Origin: an uncultured Pseudomonadales bacterium
GTDB taxonomy: Bacteria > Pseudomonadota > Gammaproteobacteria > Pseudomonadales > UBA7434
DNA: 64,000 nucleotides
Direction of reading: 5' to 3'
Assembly (NCBI GenBank): GCA_943788835.1
Contig: CALSRU010000005.1
Coordinates: 21,343 to 85,342 of the forward strand
Below, one piece after another: positions 51,095-59,599 of the stretch. Within the stretch, counting starts at the first letter, position 1, and each line of letters opens with the position of its first letter. Made by a program: the position numbers and the translations under genes. The notes below the pieces were generated by a model. That model ran no database searches. It was given only the letters and a program-made list of their open reading frames with translations, and was not told the DNA's origin.

Positions 51095-52485
51095 AAATAT
51101 TATCTTTTAAGTCAGGCGCCATGATAGGTTCTTTACTACTGTCCGCAGCTTTTTCGCTGAGTATTGTTGCACCAGTTAATGCACAGCAAGAGTCAGCAAA
51201 AACTCTTGACGAATTATTGAGTATGGTTCGCAAAGGGAAAATCAAAGAAAGCCGTGATGAGCGGCAGCGAGTAGCCCGCTTTATGGCTGAGAAAAAAGAG
51301 CAGGCTGGCGCTGTGGCCAAAGCTAAGCAAACTCGCACGCAAGAAGAGCAGCGTTCAGCTCGACTTGAAAAAACCTTTGAAGAAAACAAGGAAACCATCG
51401 CGCAAAAGCGCGAAGCGCTGAAGCAAGCCAAAGGTGAGCTGACAGAATTGTTTGGCCACATCAACTCAACGGCAGGTGATATGCGTGAAAACTTCACCAC
51501 TTCACTCACTAGCGTCCAGTACCCTGATCGCGAACAATTCCTCACCGACCTTATCGAAAAGCTCAAAGGCGATGCGCTGCCTACCATCAGCGAAATCGAG
51601 CAGGTCTGGTTTGAACTGCAAAGAGAGATGATTGCGTCAGGCAAAATTGTTGCTTTAAACACTAAGGTGGCAACTGCCGGCGGTGAAGAGCAGCAAGCTG
51701 ATGTCGTGCGTATCGGCACCTACAATATTATTACTCAGGACGGGCAGTATCTGCGTTATTCAGACGGCTCATTATCTGTTTTAGCTAGGCAGCCAGCGAG
51801 TAATTACACAAGTTGGGCAGGTGACCTGGCGGCACTTGATAGCGGAAGTACCCGCTTTGGTGTTGATCCAACCGGCCCTACCGGCGGAAGTTTGCTGTCG
51901 GCCTTTATCAATACACCCACACTGGTTGAGCGCTGGCACCAAGGTCGCCAAGTCGGTTACGTGATTACTGCAGTCGGTGTAGTAGGTATTTTGATAGCGC
52001 TTGTTCGTTTTGTAGTGCTGCAGCTTGTGGGCATGAAGGTGAGCAGCCAGCTTAAGAGCACAACTGTTAATTCAGACAATCCCTTGGGCCGAGTACTTGC
52101 CGTACACGAAGAAAATCCCAGCATGGATACCGAGACGCTTGAATTAAAATTAAATGAAGCAGTTCTGAAAGAAATACCAAAGCTTGAGAGTTCGTTAACG
52201 CTGATTAAAATCATTGCCGCGGTTGCGCCTTTGTTGGGTCTGTTAGGTACTGTTACCGGTATGATTATTACCTTCCAATCTATTACGATCTTTGGTGCGG
52301 GCGATCCGAAAACCATGGCTGGCGGTATCTCAAGCGCACTGGTTACTACCGTGCTTGGGCTTATTGTTGCAATACCTACATTGCTAGCGCATACCATCGT
52401 TAATGGTCGTGCTAAAGGGATCATTCACGTGCTTGAAGAGCAAGCCGCGGGAATCATTGCGAGAAATGCCGAAGGTAAGAAATAG
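51091..52485 (+). CDS. large MotA/TolQ/ExbB-family proton-channel protein (TtpC-like)
   Basis: 464 aa from ATG 51091. Signal peptide, a periplasmic coiled-coil N-domain of about 250 aa, then the C-terminal MotA/ExbB channel (APLLGLLGTVTGMI, GGISSALVTTVLGL). Confidence 0.8.
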   Translation: MKILSFKSGAMIGSLLLSAAFSLSIVAPVNAQQESAKTLDELLSMVRKGKIKESRDERQRVARFMAEKKEQAGAVAKAKQTRTQEEQRSARLEKTFEENKETIAQKREALKQAKGELTELFGHINSTAGDMRENFTTSLTSVQYPDREQFLTDLIEKLKGDALPTISEIEQVWFELQREMIASGKIVALNTKVATAGGEEQQADVVRIGTYNIITQDGQYLRYSDGSLSVLARQPASNYTSWAGDLAALDSGSTRFGVDPTGPTGGSLLSAFINTPTLVERWHQGRQVGYVITAVGVVGILIALVRFVVLQLVGMKVSSQLKSTTVNSDNPLGRVLAVHEENPSMDTETLELKLNEAVLKEIPKLESSLTLIKIIAAVAPLLGLLGTVTGMIITFQSITIFGAGDPKTMAGGISSALVTTVLGLIVAIPTLLAHTIVNGRAKGIIHVLEEQAAGIIARNAEGKK

Positions 52486-52496
52486 ATCGACTATGC

Positions 52497-52524
52497 ATCT
52501 CGCTCTCTCATGAGAGAGCGAGAT
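52497..52524. repeat. perfect 28-bp palindrome between ttpC-like gene and exbB
   Basis: ATCTCGCTCTCTCATGAGAGAGCGAGAT would form a 12-bp RNA stem with a CATG loop. It starts 12 nt after the upstream stop, inside the operon. Confidence 0.85.
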
Positions 52525-52589
52525 CAATGTTACTTTTGCTTGTACCCATAATTTAAATAGATTCGCGAGAGAATACGGGATTTAGCTAC

Positions 52590-53132
52590 ATGCAGTACTT
52601 TACCGACTTGTTTGGAGTGGTGGCGGAATTTGTCGAAAAGGGCGGTCCGGTGCTTTTTCTTATTGGTGGATTATTGTTTTTGATGTGGGCATTGATTTTT
52701 GAGCGAGCGTTTTACTTTAACTTCGGCTTGAAAGACGATGTCAAAGCGGTGGTTCAAGAATGGCAAATGCGCTCGGAGCGGCACTCTTGGAACGCTCGTA
52801 GTATTCGCGAAGCGCTCATTTCTGAAACGTCACTTAAAATCCGCCACAACATGGGTTTGATAAAAACATTGGTTGCTCTGGCGCCTATGCTGGGCCTTCT
52901 AGGCACGGTGACGGGGATGATTGTAGTTTTTCACATTATGGCCGTAACCGGTGGTGGCGATCCTAAGCTGATGGCCGGTGGTGTCTCTAAAGCTACCATC
53001 CCAACTATGGCCGGTATGGTGGCGGCCCTTTCTGGTGTTTTTGCCCAAGCGTTACTCACGCGTATTGTTGAGCGAGAAAGTGCTTTGCTAGAAGATCGAC
53101 TGACTTACGACTATGGCGATGATGCGGGTTAA
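52590..53132 (+). CDS. exbB: ExbB (MotA/TolQ/ExbB proton channel)
   Basis: 180 aa with three TM segments and APMLGLLGTVTGMI, GGVSKATIPTMAGM. Confidence 0.88.
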   Translation: MQYFTDLFGVVAEFVEKGGPVLFLIGGLLFLMWALIFERAFYFNFGLKDDVKAVVQEWQMRSERHSWNARSIREALISETSLKIRHNMGLIKTLVALAPMLGLLGTVTGMIVVFHIMAVTGGGDPKLMAGGVSKATIPTMAGMVAALSGVFAQALLTRIVERESALLEDRLTYDYGDDAG

Positions 53133-53244
53133 TTGAGTCTGTTAGCTGATTGAGAACAAACATTAATTGTGCGCTGTACTATTTATTCGCACGCAATAAC
53201 GGGGCGAGCAGTTGCCCAATGGACACTAGAGAGTAGCGTTAATT

Positions 53245-53655
53245 ATGGCAGGCAGAGGCGCAGCAGCTAAAGCAAATGAGGAAGGTAGCGAGATAGATCT
53301 TACGCCGATGTTGGACGTGGTATTTATCATGCTGATCTTTTTTATTGTTACTGCAGTGTTTATTAAAGAGCCCGGTGTAGAAGTGTCGCGCCCTTCAACC
53401 GCTGAGCGTGAAGCGATTAAAAACCAAAGTGTATTGGTTGCGATTAACGAAAAAAATGAAATTTGGATTGACCGAAAAAAAGTAGACGAAGCATCGGTTA
53501 AATCGGTTATTGAGCGAATTGCGGCGGACAACCCGTTAGGCGCATTGGTTATTCAGGCTGACGGTGATTCCAATGCGGGCGCTTATGCATTGGTATGGGA
53601 TGCGGCCAAGAAGGCGGGCGTGGCAAATATTTCAATCGCCACAGACCCTAAGTAA
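53245..53655 (+). CDS. exbD: ExbD/TolR biopolymer transport protein
   Basis: 136 aa with IDLTPMLDVVFIMLIFFIVT and a periplasmic domain (LVIQADGDS). Confidence 0.88.
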   Translation: MAGRGAAAKANEEGSEIDLTPMLDVVFIMLIFFIVTAVFIKEPGVEVSRPSTAEREAIKNQSVLVAINEKNEIWIDRKKVDEASVKSVIERIAADNPLGALVIQADGDSNAGAYALVWDAAKKAGVANISIATDPK

Positions 53656-53670
53656 TAGAGGCTTAGAAAG

Positions 53671-54291
53671 ATGCAAGCAGCACGAACGAGTATGAGCATG
53701 GGGCTAGGGCTGATTGTAGCCTTTGCCTTGTTTGTTTTGATGAGTGCGCTTATCGATATGGGTGATACTGAGCTGGATACGAGTAAGGCGATAAAGATTG
53801 CCGACTTCACGATGCCTGACACCGATATTCAGGAAAATCTTGAAGATGAATTACCCGATAAGCCCGAAGATGTTGAAACCCCTCCACCAGAAGTTGAAAG
53901 CCAAGAAATGGAGCTTGATTCTCCAGATACAGCGTTAAATCTTTCTGCTGGCGCTGGTCAGTTTAAGCCCGAAATTGGTGGGGCAGGTGGTTTCACGCGC
54001 GATACAGATTTGATTCCCGTCTATGTTCCAGAGCCTCGCTACCCACCACGTGCACTCAATGCGGGTAAAACAGGTTACGCAGTGGTCGAGGTCACGGTGA
54101 CTACAGCCGGTGGTTCGAAAGATGTAAAACTCTTAGAAGAATGGCCAGAAAATTATGGTTTTGGTCGCAGTGCAGCCAAAGCGGCACAAAAACTTAAATA
54201 CAATCCGCGTGTTGTGAATGGCGTTGCTGAGGAAGTGCCAGGCGTTTTGTATAAGTTTACGTTCCAGATTGCCGAGGCTAAACGCCGCTAA
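53671..54291 (+). CDS. tonB: TonB energy transducer
   Basis: 206 aa. An N-terminal TM segment, an acidic Pro/Glu linker (PDKPEDVETPPPEVE), and the TonB C-terminal domain (YPPRALNAGKTGYAVVEVTV, KYNPRV). Confidence 0.85.
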   Translation: MQAARTSMSMGLGLIVAFALFVLMSALIDMGDTELDTSKAIKIADFTMPDTDIQENLEDELPDKPEDVETPPPEVESQEMELDSPDTALNLSAGAGQFKPEIGGAGGFTRDTDLIPVYVPEPRYPPRALNAGKTGYAVVEVTVTTAGGSKDVKLLEEWPENYGFGRSAAKAAQKLKYNPRVVNGVAEEVPGVLYKFTFQIAEAKRR

Positions 54292-54320
54292 TATAGGGCT
54301 TGATTCGAGTTAAATTGAAT

Positions 54321-55697
54321 ATGTTGAGAAACTTTAAGATACGATTTTTGCCGCTGGCCACATTGTTGCTCTGTGTGCTGTTGGTGGGCGTGAGCACTAG
54401 CCCATTATGGGTGCCTGCTGTTGATGCGCAAGAAAAGAAAAAAAAGCTGACGAAAGCCGAAAAAGAGGCCAAATTAAAATATAAAAACGGTATCACGCGC
54501 AAGCGAAAAGCAGTGGGTATGCAATGCGCTAAAAAGCTAGAAAAGGTTCAAGAGTTCACTCTAGAAGAGCAGTGGCCTGACGCTGAAAAAGAGCTAAAGG
54601 CTGCATTAAAGCGGGGGTGTAAGGAAGGCTTTGAGCACTCTGAGGTTAATCGTTTTCTGGGCTACGTTTATTATGCACAGGAGCAATATGGCGAGGCCAT
54701 TAAAGCCTATTTGGCGTTTATTAACGAGCCTGAAGCTGACGCGCAAAAGCGAGTTGATACCCGGTATACCGTTGCACAGTTAATGTTTGTTACCGAAGAC
54801 TATCAATCTGCTGCCACACAGCTTGAAAAGTGGATGGCTGAAGCGGTAGTAGTCGACAGAGGTGGAAAGGTTTTATTGGCTCGGATTTATTACAACCTTG
54901 ACCGGAAAACTGACGCATTGAGCCTCGTTGAAGAAGTGATGCAGGAGTCCACTGCAGCTGCTCAAATACCGAAAGAATCGTGGCTGAATTTCCAGTGGGT
55001 TCTTTATTACGAAAAAGAGCGCTATGCCGATGCGGTTGGCGTGAACCGAGTATTGCTAGCTGAATACCCAAAAATAAAATATTGGAAGCAGCTAGCGGCT
55101 ATGTTCGGTTCGTTAGAAGATAATAAGCGTGAACTACTGGCTCTCGATTTAACCTATCAGCAAGACGGCTTAGATAAAGAGAAGCAATTCGTTGCGTTGG
55201 CTTATCAATTTATGGCGATCGATGTGCCCTATCGTGCTGCAGCGATACTGGAGCGGGCGATGAAGGCAGGCCAAGTTGAAAAAACCGAGAAAAACCTCGA
55301 AATATTAGGTTCTGCCTACCAGCGTGCGCAAGAGTTTAAAAAGGCGTCGCCTGTGCTTGAGCAGGCGGCAAAATTGGCTTCGCACGGCAATGCATGGTCG
55401 CGCTTAGCTGGGGTCTATCTCAATCTTAATGAGAATGAGAAGGCGCTGGTTGCTGCTATTAACGCACTCAGCAAAGGCGATTTGAAGCGTGAAGATCTTA
55501 CGTGGATGAATCGCGGTAGCGCTGAGGCTTCACTACATTGCTATGACGCAGCCATAAAATCATTCAGTAAAGCGGCTAAGTTCGATCGAGTAAAAAAGAA
55601 TGCGCTTAACTGGAAAAAGTATGTGAGTGCTGAGGGTGAGCGGCGCAGTAAGCTCATTGCTAATGGGGCTAAGCTGGCGCAGTGTAAAAAAGTTTAA
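54321..55697 (+). CDS. TPR-repeat protein (last gene of TonB2-type cluster)
   Basis: ATG 54321. Signal peptide, then repeated TPR-like helices (YAQEQYGEAIKAY, YQRAQEFKKA and others). Confidence 0.75.
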   Translation: MLRNFKIRFLPLATLLLCVLLVGVSTSPLWVPAVDAQEKKKKLTKAEKEAKLKYKNGITRKRKAVGMQCAKKLEKVQEFTLEEQWPDAEKELKAALKRGCKEGFEHSEVNRFLGYVYYAQEQYGEAIKAYLAFINEPEADAQKRVDTRYTVAQLMFVTEDYQSAATQLEKWMAEAVVVDRGGKVLLARIYYNLDRKTDALSLVEEVMQESTAAAQIPKESWLNFQWVLYYEKERYADAVGVNRVLLAEYPKIKYWKQLAAMFGSLEDNKRELLALDLTYQQDGLDKEKQFVALAYQFMAIDVPYRAAAILERAMKAGQVEKTEKNLEILGSAYQRAQEFKKASPVLEQAAKLASHGNAWSRLAGVYLNLNENEKALVAAINALSKGDLKREDLTWMNRGSAEASLHCYDAAIKSFSKAAKFDRVKKNALNWKKYVSAEGERRSKLIANGAKLAQCKKV

Positions 55698-55722
55698 TGC
55701 TGATTTATTTCATGCATTTTCA

Positions 55723-55746
55723 AAGGCCGCACAGCGGCCTTTTTTG
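55723..55746 (+). terminator. rho-independent terminator of the TonB2-type operon
   Basis: AAGGCCGC-aca-GCGGCCTT followed by TTTTTG, 25 nt after the TPR gene stop. Confidence 0.85.
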
Positions 55747-55986
55747 TGCGTTGCGTTTGGGGGCAGAGCTGTTTGTTGTGCCTTTGAGTTATAGCGCAAA
55801 CTCACCAGAACGTGGTTAATTAACAGCGTTCTTGATATTCTTACCTCTTGCGTATGGTTTGCAGCAACGTGTTGTTAGTGTTGGCGCAAGCTTGGCGAGA
55901 TCTGTATATATTGTGCCTGCTGGCGTTATCGTTATACTGGCGCCTCGGGTGTTTTCTTTTTACTTTTATCACTGTGTTTACTTACT

Positions 55987-57684
55987 ATGCCTTCAAAAAA
56001 ATCGTCACACAATCCACGCCAATATTCTTCCGTTATCGTCGATGGTGAAGACCGCGCCGCTAGTCGTGCGATGTTGCGTCCGGTTGGCTTCAATGAGGCT
56101 GACTTTAAAAAGCCTCAAATTGGAATTGCTTCAACGTGGAGTATGGTGACTCCCTGCAACATGCATATTAACAAGCTGGCTGATGAGGCTTGTAAAGGTG
56201 TCGACAAGGCCAATGGTAAAGGTGTCATTTTTAATACGATTACTATTTCCGACGGTATTTCGATGGGCACCGAGAATATGAAATACTCGTTGGTGTCGCG
56301 CGAGGTGATTGCCGATTCGATTGAAACAGTAATGGCTTGTCAGGGCTATGACGGGCTAGTTGCCATTGGTGGGTGTGATAAAAATATGCCCGGTTGTTTA
56401 ATTGCTATGGCACGACTAAATAGGCCGGCAATATTTGTTTATGGCGGCACGATCCTTTCTGGTGAGCACAATGGTAAGCAGCTAGATGTTGTATCGGTGT
56501 TCGAGGCGATCGGTGCGCGGGCTAACAATACAATACCACTGAAAGAATTGACCGCTATCGAAACTAAAGCGATTCCTGGGCCGGGTTCTTGTGGCGGCAT
56601 GTATACGGCCAATACTATGGCCTCAGCCATTGAGGCCATGGGTATGAGCTTGCCCGATAGCTCGGCGCAAGCGGCCATTTCTGCGGGTAAAAAGAAAGAT
56701 TGTCGTCAAGCGGGCGAGGCGTTAATGCAGTTGGTGAAAAAAGGCATTACTCCCAAACAGATCATGACGAAAAAAGCGTTTGAAAACGCAATGACCGTGG
56801 CTATCGCTCTAGGTGGTTCAACTAATTTAGTCCTGCACCTGTTGGCTATGGCTCACTCGATAGGGGTGAAGCTTACGCTAGATGATTTTACTCGTGTGGG
56901 TAAGCGAGTACCTATGCTCGCTGATTTGAAGCCCAGTGGCCGTTATAGTATGGCAGACTTGATCGATGCCGGTGGTATCCAGCCGCTGATGAAAATGCTT
57001 TTGGATGCAGGTTTGCTTCATGGTGACTGCTTAACAGTCACGGGTAAAACATTGAAGCAGAATTTAGCCAAGGTGAAGCCCTATGCTAAAAGCCAAGATA
57101 TTATTCGGCCGCTAAATAACCCAATCAAGTCAGAAAGCCATTTAGTAGTATTGCGTGGTAATTTGGCTCCTGAGGGCGGTGTGGCTAAGATTTCTGGTCA
57201 TGAGGGGTTGCGCTTTGAAGGCCGTGCTCGTGTCTATAATTCATCGGATGCAGCACTCAAAGCGATACTCGACAAGAAAATCAAAAAGGGCGATGTGGTT
57301 GTTATTCGCAATGAAGGCCCGGTGGGTGGTCCAGGTATGCAAGAGATGCTCTCGCATACTGGCGCAATTATGGGGCAGGGGCTAGGTGATGAAGTGGCGT
57401 TGATTACCGACGGCCGATTTAGTGGCGGCACTCATGGTTTTGTCGTAGGCCACATTACGCCGGAAGCCGCTGTGGGCGGGCCGATTGGCTTAGTTAAAAC
57501 GGGTGACCGTATTACCATAGACGCCAACAGCCGTACTTTGCATATTGATCTAAGCGCGAAAGAGCTGGCTGCGCGCAAAAAACAATGGAAAAAGCCCAAG
57601 CCTAAGCACACTCGTGGAGTGCTGGCTAAATATGCGAGCGCGGTGAGCTCGGCATCAACGGGTGCAATCACCGATAATTTTTAA
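55987..57684 (+). CDS. ilvD: dihydroxy-acid dehydratase (IlvD/Edd family, short ~565-aa type)
   Basis: Contains [54 protein letters not shown] and [11 protein letters not shown]. Confidence 0.88.
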   Translation: MPSKKSSHNPRQYSSVIVDGEDRAASRAMLRPVGFNEADFKKPQIGIASTWSMVTPCNMHINKLADEACKGVDKANGKGVIFNTITISDGISMGTENMKYSLVSREVIADSIETVMACQGYDGLVAIGGCDKNMPGCLIAMARLNRPAIFVYGGTILSGEHNGKQLDVVSVFEAIGARANNTIPLKELTAIETKAIPGPGSCGGMYTANTMASAIEAMGMSLPDSSAQAAISAGKKKDCRQAGEALMQLVKKGITPKQIMTKKAFENAMTVAIALGGSTNLVLHLLAMAHSIGVKLTLDDFTRVGKRVPMLADLKPSGRYSMADLIDAGGIQPLMKMLLDAGLLHGDCLTVTGKTLKQNLAKVKPYAKSQDIIRPLNNPIKSESHLVVLRGNLAPEGGVAKISGHEGLRFEGRARVYNSSDAALKAILDKKIKKGDVVVIRNEGPVGGPGMQEMLSHTGAIMGQGLGDEVALITDGRFSGGTHGFVVGHITPEAAVGGPIGLVKTGDRITIDANSRTLHIDLSAKELAARKKQWKKPKPKHTRGVLAKYASAVSSASTGAITDNF

Positions 57685-57782
57685 TTATCAACTGGGTGCG
57701 GCTTTGGTGGCAATGACGGCTTATTTTGTGAGTCGATTTTTCTCATCAGTCAATCTAGAATATCGCACACAGCATGTGCACG

Positions 57783-58136
57783 TCAGAGTTTTGCAATACT
57801 GCTGAATGAACTCTCTGCCCATAGGCTGACCCACACGCCATTTGTGGCTTGGCAGTCAAGCGCATCTAGGCACATATGAATCGTTAGGCCAAGACCTATA
57901 AGACGAGTCTTTGGCGTAAAGCAGAGCGCAAAATAAAAAATGACCAGCCAGGTCTGATGGAGTGTGTGAAAGCCAATGCTGCAACGGGTGGCGTCATAGA
58001 TTGGGTCTGCTACTAGGTGGTCGAGATCCACGAGCATCGTTGCCATCATGATGAGGTAGGCATATTTCCAGCGGGCGCTAAAGAAAAGCCCGGCCACAAT
58101 GGCTGGAGTTAAGAAATGTAGTGTTATGTGCAGCAT
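57783..58136 (-). CDS. small polytopic membrane protein (DUF6122-like)
   Basis: 117 aa with MLHITLHFLTPAIVAGLFF, MLVDLDHLVADPIYD and CSIGFHTLH. The family recollection is from memory. Confidence 0.6.
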   Translation of the reverse strand: MLHITLHFLTPAIVAGLFFSARWKYAYLIMMATMLVDLDHLVADPIYDATRCSIGFHTLHQTWLVIFYFALCFTPKTRLIGLGLTIHMCLDALDCQATNGVWVSLWAESSFSSIAKL

Positions 58137-58178
58137 CGTGGCATGGCATTTAAGGCAAGATTAAACAGGAGCGTTTCA

Positions 58179-58451
58179 TTAATTATTTTTTTCTAAATTT
58201 GTGACTTTGACCGAGGCTGCTTTTGTCACGGTACTGACTCGGGTGGTAGAAATTAATGTCTTGCTGACTCCATGCGAATAAAAAAGTTTATAAATAATAG
58301 ATTTCTTGTTCTTTTTTGTTTCCAAGATAAGATTATCTCGATCTATGGCATCTAAATTGTAATCTTTTAGTGCATCCCGTGTAGATTTTTGAGATATCGC
58401 ATAAAATTCTGAATAATCTTCAGCCGTCAATTCATCTTGAGCTTGTGTCAT
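58179..58451 (-). CDS. hypothetical protein (orphan, very AT-rich)
   Basis: 90-aa Lys/Asn-rich ORF in a stretch where hand-counted 60-nt lines are 25-35% G+C. No family recognised. Confidence 0.4.
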   Translation of the reverse strand: MTQAQDELTAEDYSEFYAISQKSTRDALKDYNLDAIDRDNLILETKKNKKSIIYKLFYSHGVSKTLISTTRVSTVTKAASVKVTNLEKNN

Positions 58452-58580
58452 GTTGATCTCTAATATAAATATAAAAAGTGTGCCGCTGCCTAGAACTTAA
58501 TAGAATTGAGTATTTGTTTAGTAAATTGAACAATAATATAAACACGCTCGGCACTGTCTAATTCGCCGATAATGTTAGAT

Positions 58581-58865
58581 CTATTCTGTGGCATACACTG
58601 TGTTGAAGTAGAGCGCGCCACGGTTTATGTAGATTTCAGTGGTTAGACCGGCGGCACAGTTTCTCAATGTTGCGATAACATAATCGCCGCTCTCGGTTTT
58701 GATTGTGGCATGTGACATTTCTTCTAATGTGCTTCCCATTAGAGTGTCGCACTGTTGAACTTCACCTACTATAACGTCTAACCGCTCGCCATTTTTAATT
58801 ACACATGCTGTTGCGTAGATTCCTACCAATAATAAAAAAATAAAAACATTCAAACGCATGATCAA
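58581..58865 (-). CDS. small exported protein / putative lipoprotein
   Basis: 94 aa. The signal peptide MRLNVFIFLLLVGIYATAC has a lipobox-like Cys. Three further Cys residues. No family recognised. Confidence 0.5.
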   Translation of the reverse strand: MIMRLNVFIFLLLVGIYATACVIKNGERLDVIVGEVQQCDTLMGSTLEEMSHATIKTESGDYVIATLRNCAAGLTTEIYINRGALYFNTVYATE

Positions 58866-59179
58866 CTCACTTTATTCGCTTTAATGATGGCGGTTTGCAT
58901 GCTCATTGCTCAAGCAAGATAGCTAATTTATTTAACTGATGTTTAACGATAAGCGCGCCAATATCACCAGAAAAATTATTCCGCCTAATGCCAGGAGCGC
59001 TATTGTATTGGTCCAGAATTGTGATGGTTCTTAGCATTGTTGGACAGCCCCTCGTCAATAGGCTTTTCATTTGGCTAGAGATACGATGCCTGCCTAGAGC
59101 ATGAAGGATCCAAAGTTGATTGGCAAGTTGACGTTATCGGAGTTGATATGAGAACAGTTTTTTCCGAAGGGTCAGGGCG

Positions 59180-59485
59180 TTATGTGTCACATGGCCCAAG
59201 GCTATAACTATGAACTATTGGGTCAGCGCATGCCGTGCACCCAGTGGCGTAAGTGATTTTCTGAGTGCGCTCACAAGGCGCATTAACACACTGATGATCT
59301 TTTTTCGTCATCGCGCACACAGGCCGGTATTCACGGGTACATATCTGAGGCCTTGGGTCTGAGCATTCAATTATCGGCTTAACCGAGCTATTTGTGACAC
59401 TCGATTCGCTGCTTATTGGTGATACGCAGGCTGTGGTGGTGACCACGAGCCAAGCCGAAAATATTGAGTGAAAGATGATTTTCAT
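59180..59485 (-). CDS. Kazal-like Cys-rich lipoprotein (putative protease-inhibitor fold)
   Basis: Signal and lipobox MKIIFHSIFSAWLVVTTTAC. The mature part has the pattern C-x8-C-TREYRPV-C ... TYATGC-x2-C-x12-C. This matches Kazal spacing (C-x7-PVC, TY-x-x-x-C-x2-C) with an extra Cys pair inserted. Confidence 0.6.
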   Translation of the reverse strand: MKIIFHSIFSAWLVVTTTACVSPISSESSVTNSSVKPIIECSDPRPQICTREYRPVCAMTKKDHQCVNAPCERTQKITYATGCTACADPIVHSYSLGPCDT

Positions 59486-59599
59486 AGAGGATGATTCATT
59501 GTGTTGATCATATCTTAAATGAAGTCGTGCCGCACATCATTGCCTACTGGTGACAAGTTTAGCGGCTGGCGGTACCTATGTCATGTGTCTGGCGATGCG

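Noticed and set aside
50961-51719. 252-aa minus-strand ORF (also 51957-52424, 155 aa)
   Set aside because: It lies entirely antisense to the well-supported DUF3450 and TtpC-like genes. The translation is Ser/Cys/Ala-rich and low-complexity, typical of an antisense frame.
55848-56048. Leu/Val/Ile-rich 66-aa ORF upstream of and overlapping ilvD, considered as an ilv leader peptide
   Set aside because: It is too long and overlaps the ilvD start by 60 nt. It has no run of consecutive branched-chain codons followed by a terminator. It looks like a random hydrophobic frame.
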